From positions 405,197-469,196 of the forward strand of contig JADJOB010000001.1 in assembly GCA_016714025.1 (NCBI GenBank): 64,000 nt of DNA, given 5' to 3'. Position numbers and translations under genes: made by a program. Positions 1 to 7,167 of the stretch are shown here, piece after piece. Numbering within the stretch: position 1 is the first letter of the stretch; every line of letters begins with the position of its first letter. The notes under the pieces were generated by a model. That model was not told where the DNA came from. It saw only the letters and a program-made list of their open reading frames with translations, and did no database searches. This DNA is from Saprospiraceae bacterium. GTDB lineage: Bacteria > Bacteroidota > Bacteroidia > Chitinophagales > Saprospiraceae.

Positions 1-2
1 CC

Positions 3-590
3 GAAATTACAAATCAATTCTTTGTAATAAAATCCCCTGAAATCATTAAAAGAATTACTCCAAAATTAAACTATATTTCTTTTCTCGAAAATAAAAAGCC
101 ATCAAGGTATGTGGCCGGAAAAATATTTGAATTAAATATTCTTAATAATGAAATTTGGAGAGATAGCCTATTGACTTTTCTTGCTTCTTGTTTTGAAAAT
201 GATAGAGATTATATCTTAACATTGCTTTCAAAATCTAAAAACAGTCTTGTGATCAACGAATGGCAATTAATCAACAAAACTAACCCTTCAATTTTATCTT
301 TACATTTTCCAAGAAGTTACCAGATCAAATGGAATGAGTTTATAATTAATGGATTTATAGAAAATAAACGAATAAGGTATTACTTAATTCGGGATTTAAT
401 TGGTGGACTAATTCAATCAAATTCTGTCGAGGATTTTTCAAAAGAATTTAGGAAGTTTATTGTAGAATTAACTAAATCATACTATGAAGAGTCAAATGTA
501 TTCATTAAGTCACTTTCTATCGAAGAGGTTTATTCAAATACAATTTCTAAGAAAGATGTAACTAAAGCTAAATTATATACCTATGAATAA
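3..590 (+). CDS. hypothetical protein, probably 5'-truncated by the window edge
   Basis: The frame of ORF 111..590 (GTG) stays open back to nt 3. That is 36 more codons with no stop and no ATG in very AT-rich DNA, so the CDS probably begins left of the window. No motif recognised. Confidence 0.55.
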   Translation, partial: EITNQFFVIKSPEIIKRITPKLNYISFLENKKPSRYVAGKIFELNILNNEIWRDSLLTFLASCFENDRDYILTLLSKSKNSLVINEWQLINKTNPSILSLHFPRSYQIKWNEFIINGFIENKRIRYYLIRDLIGGLIQSNSVEDFSKEFRKFIVELTKSYYEESNVFIKSLSIEEVYSNTISKKDVTKAKLYTYE

Positions 591-1578
591 ATTTTTTAGC
601 CAATTAATTGATAACCTATATCAAAAGGTTACTAATAAAAAATCCTGTTCGCTTCTTTTCGAAAAGGAAGAATTTGATGGCAAAGAATATTCTAATGATA
701 GTTTTCACGAGTTTTCAAAGCAGTATTTTAATTGGCCGGAGAATTTTTACAGAAAAAGTGAATTGCCAGATTATCTTTTTGATATTAAAGAAATAAATGA
801 AACGGCAAAGTGCAAATCATTTTCTTTCACTTCTCCTTTCTCTACGAAATTTCAAGAAAACACGAATTGCTACTATAAAATATTTAGTGAAGGTTCTGCG
901 AGCACTCTTTTAATCTTCTCTCCAGGATGGGCGAGGCCAAATTTAAAAATGGAACAAAATTTTTGCACAAAAGTTTCAAAAGCTGGCATTGATTGCATAC
1001 TCCCCATAAAACCATTTCATCAAGAAAGGACGCCAGATGGTTATTATTCGGGTGAGCTTTTTATTAGTGCCAATCAACTTTTTACTGTTGCAAACTTTAG
1101 GCAATATGTTTCAGAACTTAGACAGATTGTAAGTTATTATAGAAGTAAATATGAGAAACTAGGAATTGTTGGAATGAGCAGTGGCGGGTTTCAAGCTGGA
1201 CTATTAGCTACGGTTGAAGAATTAGATTTTTACCTTCCCTTTATTACAGGTGCAGAGCTTGGAGGTATAACTTGGAATGGGAGCCTGACAAGGTTTGTAA
1301 AAAAAGATTTACTAAAAAAAAATGTAACAGAGAAACAATTAAATGATATTTGGGCAATTGCTGACCAAAAATATCTTGGCAATAACTGTAAAGCAAAGTA
1401 TATAAAACAATACATCAGTAAATATGATGAAGTTGTCCCAACTAAGTATCAGTTAATCCTTAATGATATTTATAAAAAACCGCCAATTTTTTATATCAAT
1501 AGTGCTCACACTTCCGTATTTTTTAGTCTCAACTCTATTTTAGCAGACATGATAAAGGAAATAAAATCCTTAACTTAA
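583..1578 (+). CDS. alpha/beta-hydrolase-fold protein (putative serine hydrolase)
   Basis: 331-aa ORF with the nucleophile-elbow motif 'GIVGMSSGGFQAG' (GxSxG). Its ATG overlaps the stop of the upstream ORF (ATGAATAA), which suggests translational coupling. Confidence 0.6.
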   Translation: MNKFFSQLIDNLYQKVTNKKSCSLLFEKEEFDGKEYSNDSFHEFSKQYFNWPENFYRKSELPDYLFDIKEINETAKCKSFSFTSPFSTKFQENTNCYYKIFSEGSASTLLIFSPGWARPNLKMEQNFCTKVSKAGIDCILPIKPFHQERTPDGYYSGELFISANQLFTVANFRQYVSELRQIVSYYRSKYEKLGIVGMSSGGFQAGLLATVEELDFYLPFITGAELGGITWNGSLTRFVKKDLLKKNVTEKQLNDIWAIADQKYLGNNCKAKYIKQYISKYDEVVPTKYQLILNDIYKKPPIFYINSAHTSVFFSLNSILADMIKEIKSLT

Positions 1579-1624
1579 AATTGAAAGACAAACTCATCAT
1601 GTTGGCCATACTGTTAACAACATA

Positions 1625-1803
1625 GGTATTGCCAAAATGCAGGCTGGAGGAAGCCGTGTTTCATCTTTCTTTGCATTATGCATCTGCATATCCAGCATAA
1701 TCTTTAATATTTAACTATGTCTAGATCATCATCTTTTATATCTTTATTCAGCAGTGGTCAGCTGCGACAGGCGGAATTCTATTTCCTGCACTTTGGCAAT
1801 ACC
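1625..1803. repeat. 179-bp unit bounded by 19-bp inverted repeats
   Basis: ggtattgccaaaatgcagg (1625-1643) versus cctgcactttggcaatacc (1785-1803): 18 of 19 positions complementary. It lies in the 500-bp non-coding gap before hsdM. Confidence 0.6.
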
Positions 1804-2090
1804 AACTCTATAAAATCATGTGTAACGTCTTTATCGATAGAATCAAACAGACAACTAAAACTAGCAAAAAATAAACCATTTTGAATGGTGATCACAGACA
1901 TACAAACAATATTAAAAACGGACAGCTACTAAACCAACACTCCTTGCCAACCCACCTGTACTTCTTATTTTCCTTCAAGTTTATCCCGCAAAAAGCTGGA
2001 CACATCGTTTTTAATTCTATATTAGCCAACTGGACAAATGGCAACGACAAGAATCTTAACTTTACAAATTGATAAAAACTAAGATAAATA

Positions 2091-3608
2091 ATGTTCGAGC
2101 AGACCTTTAAAAATATAGACGACATACTTCACAAAGATGCCGGTTGTGGCAGTGAATTGGATTATGTGGAGCAAACCAGTTGGATTTTGTTCCTCAAATA
2201 TTTGGACGACTTGGAGAAAGACCGAGCCACAGCTGCGGAACTCACAGGCAAGACTTACACGCCCATAATTGACAAAGATTACCAATGGACAGTTTGGGCA
2301 ATGCCCCTTCGACAGGCTCAGGGGCCGAATTCTAAGACGAGAATGAAGGATGGTGAGCTTGTCGAACCAGACCACCACAAGGCAATGACAGGTGACGACC
2401 TCACCGACTTTGTAAACAACAAACTCTTTCCTTACCTCAAAAAATTTAAACAGAGTGCCGAAAGTGCCGCCACCATTGAATACAAGATAGGCGAGATTTT
2501 CAGTGAACTGAAAAATCGTATACAAAGCGGCTACAATTTACGAGAAGTGATTAACCGCATTGACGAGTTGCGGTTCCGCACCCATGCAGAGAAGCACGAA
2601 ATGAGCCATCTGTATGAAGACAAAATTAAAAACATGGGCAACGCAGGCCGAAACGGTGGAGAATACTACACACCCCGACCGCTCATTACCACCATTGTAA
2701 AAGTAGTTGCCCCAGAAATTGGAGACAAAATTTATGATGGCGCTGTGGGCTCTGCGGGCTTCTTGTGTGAAGCGTTCGACTACCTGAAAAATCCTTCGGC
2801 AAGCTCAGGACAGGTTAAATCACTTTCTACAAAAGATTGGGAGATCCTGCAAAAACGCACTTTTTATGGCAAAGAGAAAAAATCATTGGCGTATATCATT
2901 GGCATTATGAATATGATTTTGCACGGAGTAGAAGCCCCCAACATCATACACACTAATACCCTTGCCGAAAACCTTGCCGACATACAAGAAAAAGACCGTT
3001 ATGATGTAGTGCTTGCCAATCCACCTTTTGGCGGAAAGGAACGTGCCGAAGTGCAACAAAATTTCCCCATTAAAACAGGCGAAACCGCTTCGCTTTTTTT
3101 ACAGCACTTTATTAAAATTCTGAAAGCAGGTGGCAAAGCAGGTGTGGTAATTAAAAACACGTTTTTGAGCAATACCGACAATGCCACGGTTGCTATACGA
3201 AAAACTTTGTTGGAAAACTGCAACCTGCATACCGTATTGGATTTACCGGGCGGAACTTTTACCGGTGCAGGGGTAAAAACCGTGGTGCTGTTTTTTGAAA
3301 AAGGCAAGCCCACACAAAAGGTTTGGTTTTACCAGTTGAACCTTGATCGTAATTTAGGCAAGACCAACCCACTCAACGAAAACGACTTGGCAGAATTTGT
3401 AGCACTACAAAAAAACTTTGCCGATAGCGAAAACTCCTGGACAGTAAACATTAAAAACATTGACCAAAGCACTTTTGATTTAAGTGTTAAAAACCCCAAC
3501 AAAAAAGAAGCGGCTCGACTCCGTTCACCAAACGAGATATTGGAAGAAATGAAAGCCTTGGATGAAGAAAGTGCGGAAATATTAAACTCAATTTTGGAAT
3601 TGATATGA
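2091..3608 (+). CDS. hsdM: type I restriction-modification system, DNA methyltransferase subunit M
   Basis: 505 aa. It has an HsdM N-terminal region, the AdoMet motif 'YDGAVGSAGFL' and the catalytic 'LANPPFGG' (NPPF, N6-adenine methyltransferase). Its stop overlaps the hsdS start (ATGA). Confidence 0.95.
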   Translation: MFEQTFKNIDDILHKDAGCGSELDYVEQTSWILFLKYLDDLEKDRATAAELTGKTYTPIIDKDYQWTVWAMPLRQAQGPNSKTRMKDGELVEPDHHKAMTGDDLTDFVNNKLFPYLKKFKQSAESAATIEYKIGEIFSELKNRIQSGYNLREVINRIDELRFRTHAEKHEMSHLYEDKIKNMGNAGRNGGEYYTPRPLITTIVKVVAPEIGDKIYDGAVGSAGFLCEAFDYLKNPSASSGQVKSLSTKDWEILQKRTFYGKEKKSLAYIIGIMNMILHGVEAPNIIHTNTLAENLADIQEKDRYDVVLANPPFGGKERAEVQQNFPIKTGETASLFLQHFIKILKAGGKAGVVIKNTFLSNTDNATVAIRKTLLENCNLHTVLDLPGGTFTGAGVKTVVLFFEKGKPTQKVWFYQLNLDRNLGKTNPLNENDLAEFVALQKNFADSENSWTVNIKNIDQSTFDLSVKNPNKKEAARLRSPNEILEEMKALDEESAEILNSILELI

Positions 3609-4834
3609 CTTGGAGAAAGAAAAAATTGGGGGATATTCTAACTATTGAGCGTGGTGGTTCTCCTCGACCTATAGATAAATATTTAACGAACTCTCCCGAT
3701 GGTATTAATTGGATAAAAATTTCTGATGCAACAGCGTCCACAAAATATATTTATGAAACCAAAGAAAAGATTACAAAGGACGGACTGCATAAAACAAGAT
3801 TAGTAAATGAAGGTGATTTCATTCTTTCAAACTCAATGAGCTTTGGAAGACCATACATAATGAAAACAACAGGTTGTATTCACGATGGTTGGTTAGTATT
3901 AAAGCAAAACGGAAGTAAAGTATTTGATACAGAGTTTTTATACTACTTACTTTCATCACCTTACGTTTTTAAACAATTTGATTATTTAGCTGCAGGTTCA
4001 ACTGTTAGAAATTTAAATATTGCTCTTGTTAGTTCTGTTGAAGTCCCCCTTCCACCCCTCCCCGAACAACAACGCATTGTTTCCATTTTAGACGAGTGCT
4101 TTGCCGCCATAGATAAGGTAAAAGCCAATGCCGAACATAACTTATTAAATGCAAATGAACTTTTTGAAAATGCTGCACAGGCAATATTCACTCAAAAGGG
4201 AACTGATTGGGAACAAAAACTTTTAGGAGAATTTGCAACATTTAGGAATGGAATAAACTATACAAAAGGAAGCAAGGGGGAGAAAATAAAAATAGTTGGG
4301 GTCAAAGATTTTCAAGATAGTTATTGGGTTCCAGACAATGATTTGGTTGAAGTTTCTCTTGATGGTAAGATAAACGAAACTGACTTGCTAAAAAAAGGGG
4401 ACATTTTGGCTGTCCGTTCTAATGGTAATCCTCAATTAATTGGTCGGACGTTATTAGCAGGTAAAATCAATGAAAAAGTTTCTCATTCGGGTTTCACTAT
4501 AAGGATTAGGTTAGATTCAAAAATAGTTAATCCGAACTATCTCTGTCATTTTTTGAAAATTCAACAGACAAGAAAAACACTTGTAGAAAGTGGGAATGGA
4601 GTTGGAATTAGGAGTTTAAATCAGGGTTCACTTTCCTCATTGAAAATTCCTTTTCCGAAATCATTAAAAGAGCAGGAAATGATAATTGACAAGGTAGATT
4701 CAATAGCAGAGCAAAGTCAAAAGCTAAAAGACATATACCAAAGAAAAATCAACGATTTGGAAGAACTGAAAAAATCTATCCTACAAAAAGCATTTGCAGG
4801 AGAATTGAAAACTGAAAAAGCGGTTGCAGTATGA
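3605..4834 (+). CDS. hsdS: type I restriction-modification system, specificity subunit S
   Basis: 409 aa with two target-recognition halves. Each half is followed by a conserved helical spacer ('LPPLPEQQRIVSILDE...' and 'FPKSLKEQEMIIDKVD...'), as is typical of HsdS. It has ATGA overlaps with both neighbouring genes. Confidence 0.9.
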   Translation: MTWRKKKLGDILTIERGGSPRPIDKYLTNSPDGINWIKISDATASTKYIYETKEKITKDGLHKTRLVNEGDFILSNSMSFGRPYIMKTTGCIHDGWLVLKQNGSKVFDTEFLYYLLSSPYVFKQFDYLAAGSTVRNLNIALVSSVEVPLPPLPEQQRIVSILDECFAAIDKVKANAEHNLLNANELFENAAQAIFTQKGTDWEQKLLGEFATFRNGINYTKGSKGEKIKIVGVKDFQDSYWVPDNDLVEVSLDGKINETDLLKKGDILAVRSNGNPQLIGRTLLAGKINEKVSHSGFTIRIRLDSKIVNPNYLCHFLKIQQTRKTLVESGNGVGIRSLNQGSLSSLKIPFPKSLKEQEMIIDKVDSIAEQSQKLKDIYQRKINDLEELKKSILQKAFAGELKTEKAVAV

Positions 4835-6861
4835 AAAAGATAGACCTACATCTACATACAAAGCCATCACAATACAGTGATTCAGCATTTATATTTAGCC
4901 TTCCAAAGCTAAAAGAGTATGTTGAAAAGTTAGCTATTGATTGCATCGCAGTTACCAATCACAACTTATTTGATTTACCTCAATTCAATCAGATTTCAGC
5001 ACAACTTGGAATAAAAGTTTTGCCAGGAATAGAAATAAATTTAGAGAAAGGACATCTGCTATTGGTCTCAGAAAATGCGGAACTTGATGACTTTGAAGCC
5101 AAGTGCAACCAAGTTGAAAGTTTAATCACAAGTGAATCTGAATTTATTACTGTTCAAAAGCTAAATGAAATATTCATTGACCTAAGTCGATACCTTTTAA
5201 TTCCGCACTATGATAAAACTCCAATTATTCGACCTGAAATAATTGAAAAATTAAAACCACATATTACATCGGGAGAAGTAACCAGTGCAAAGAAATTCAA
5301 ATATTGTTTGAAAGATGCAAACAGCTTAGTTCCTGTTTTATTTAGTGATTTGAGATTTACAGAGAATATGACTGCATTCTCACCACGCCAAACTTTTATT
5401 GATATTGATGATACTTCTTTAAGGGCAATTAAAACGTGCTTGATGGATAAGCACAAAGTTTTTCTTCATCATACAGAAGGACATCGGTTTTTTCAGATTT
5501 TTGAAAATGGTCAAAAACTTTCAACAGGTTTGAATGTAATTTTAGGTGAAAGGTCATCAGGTAAAACCTATACACTTAAAACAATTGCTGCTATGTATGA
5601 CAATGTCATACACATTAAGCAATTTGAGCTATTGGAAACGGATGAAGAAAGAGACAAAAAGAAATTTGATGAATTGCTTACTACTAAACAAAGCAGTATT
5701 TCAGAACAATTCTTAAAAGAATTCAAAGAAGTTGTAGAAGATGTTTCAAAAATTGACAGAAAAGAAAATGAAAAACGGATTGAAAGTTATTTAACCTCAT
5801 TGTTAAAAGTTGCAGCAGAAGAAGAGAAAAAAGATGTTTACTCAAAATGCACTCTGTTTAATGAAAGCAAGTTCATTGAAACAAGCAACGATACATTAAA
5901 GCAATTAGTAACTGCAACCGAATTACTTATTGAGAATACTCAATACAGAACTCTAATAGATAGCCACATTTCTAAAAAGGTGTTGCAAGAGTTAGTTGTT
6001 GATTTAATGAAGAAATATGAAGAAGTGCAAGAGAAAAACTTGAAAGCAAGGTGGATAAATTCTCTTGTTTTTAATATTCAAAAGGAGTTGCAATCATCAA
6101 CAGCATCAGAACACATTAAAGATGTTGACTTCTATACAATTCTTCTTGAAAAAGATAAGCTAAGGAAATTTGAAAATATTGCAACTCAAATCAAGAGAGA
6201 AAAAGTAATTGAACAAACAGATGTCCGTAGGTTTAAGATTGTGGCATCAACAAGAAGATTTAACGGAGCACAAGAGCTAAAAAACAAAAGCGGCATTCAA
6301 CAAACTGCTTTCAGTATTGCTTATCCACTATACGATTCTCCTATTCAATATTTGGATGAACTAAAGAAAATGGAGCGTATACCAGAAACTGAATTTTATA
6401 AATATTTTGTAGATGTCAGTTATCGGATATTGAATGAATTTGATGCCGAAATTTCAGGTGGAGAAAGGTCAGAATTTAATCTACTTGAAAAAATTCAAAA
6501 TGCTCATCATTTTGATTTGCTTTTAGTGGATGAACCCGAATCATCATTTGATAATTTGTTTTTAAAAAATGAAGTGAATGAGCAAATCAGGCAAATTTCA
6601 AAGACAGTTCCTGTAATTGTTGTTACCCACAACAACACAGTAGGAGCATCTATTAAGCCTGATTATATTCTCTACACAAAGAAGGAAATTGTTGGTGGCA
6701 AAGCAGTTTATGAAGTTTATTCGGGTAATCCTGCTGACCCAATACTAAAATCTATTGATGGCGAAGAAATTAATAATTATAATATAATGCTTAATTGCCT
6801 TGAAGCAGGTGATTCAGCATACATTGAAAGAAAACAGTCCTATGATATACTTAAAAATTGA
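4831..6861 (+). CDS. PHP-domain phosphoesterase fused to an ABC/SMC-like ATPase (candidate defence protein, Ppl-like architecture)
   Basis: 676 aa. The N-terminal PHP motifs are 'IDLHLHT', 'AVTNHN', 'GIEIN', 'GHLLL' and 'IPHYD'. Walker A is 'GERSSGKT' (aa 239-246). A K/E-rich helical insert of about 290 aa follows. The C-terminal part carries the ABC signature-like 'ISGGERS', Walker B 'LLLVDEPESSFD' and H-loop 'VVTHNN'. Confidence 0.8.
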   Translation: MKKIDLHLHTKPSQYSDSAFIFSLPKLKEYVEKLAIDCIAVTNHNLFDLPQFNQISAQLGIKVLPGIEINLEKGHLLLVSENAELDDFEAKCNQVESLITSESEFITVQKLNEIFIDLSRYLLIPHYDKTPIIRPEIIEKLKPHITSGEVTSAKKFKYCLKDANSLVPVLFSDLRFTENMTAFSPRQTFIDIDDTSLRAIKTCLMDKHKVFLHHTEGHRFFQIFENGQKLSTGLNVILGERSSGKTYTLKTIAAMYDNVIHIKQFELLETDEERDKKKFDELLTTKQSSISEQFLKEFKEVVEDVSKIDRKENEKRIESYLTSLLKVAAEEEKKDVYSKCTLFNESKFIETSNDTLKQLVTATELLIENTQYRTLIDSHISKKVLQELVVDLMKKYEEVQEKNLKARWINSLVFNIQKELQSSTASEHIKDVDFYTILLEKDKLRKFENIATQIKREKVIEQTDVRRFKIVASTRRFNGAQELKNKSGIQQTAFSIAYPLYDSPIQYLDELKKMERIPETEFYKYFVDVSYRILNEFDAEISGGERSEFNLLEKIQNAHHFDLLLVDEPESSFDNLFLKNEVNEQIRQISKTVPVIVVTHNNTVGASIKPDYILYTKKEIVGGKAVYEVYSGNPADPILKSIDGEEINNYNIMLNCLEAGDSAYIERKQSYDILKN

Positions 6862-7156
6862 AAACGGTAAAGGCTACTTCTTCAAAGAGCCTGACCAGTG
6901 GATTGAAATAGACCAAATTGGTAAAGAAGATTTATTGACTTTACTCGATAAAGCAATTGCTGATGATTTTGAAATGAATGATTATGATGCAGGCTTGTTA
7001 CAAAACACGGCACATCAAATAATCTACAAACACCTTTTTCAAAAGTTCAATGAGCTAGTTGAAAATAAAAGTCGCTTCAAAGATGAAAGCGAACAGCTTT
7101 ACAAAAGTGCAATAGAAAAATACACAGAAGCCATTCAAGCAAGTGGTGTTGTTTAA
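6842..7156 (+). CDS. small acidic hypothetical protein (105 aa)
   Basis: The tracked ORF runs 6800..7156. The start I prefer is the ATG at 6842 (MIYLKIENGKG...), which overlaps the end of the upstream gene by 20 nt. The ORF ends 11 nt before hsdR. It is D/E-rich, with no motif recognised. Confidence 0.55.
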   Translation: MIYLKIENGKGYFFKEPDQWIEIDQIGKEDLLTLLDKAIADDFEMNDYDAGLLQNTAHQIIYKHLFQKFNELVENKSRFKDESEQLYKSAIEKYTEAIQASGVV

Positions 7157-7167
7157 ATGAATATAAA

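Noticed and set aside
2290-2400. GC-richer patch in hsdM encoding 'PLRQAQGPNSKTRMKDGELVEPDHH', and a second patch encoding 'PSASSGQV'; considered as possible inserted repeat elements
   Set aside because: The reading frame is uninterrupted and both patches sit in positions that are variable loops in HsdM proteins. I cannot show they are repeats or insertions without genome-wide data.
1881-2525. ORFs 1881..2072 (+), 1892..2125 (-) and 2079..2525 (-) around the hsdM start
   Set aside because: They are short, overlap one another, are antisense to or overlap hsdM, and have no recognisable motifs. They are likely spurious.
6800-6841. Longer version of the small ORF starting at 6800 (MKQVIQHTLKENSP…)
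   Set aside because: It would overlap the PHP/ABC-ATPase gene by 62 nt. The internal ATG at 6842 gives a short overlap more typical of coupled genes. The start remains uncertain.
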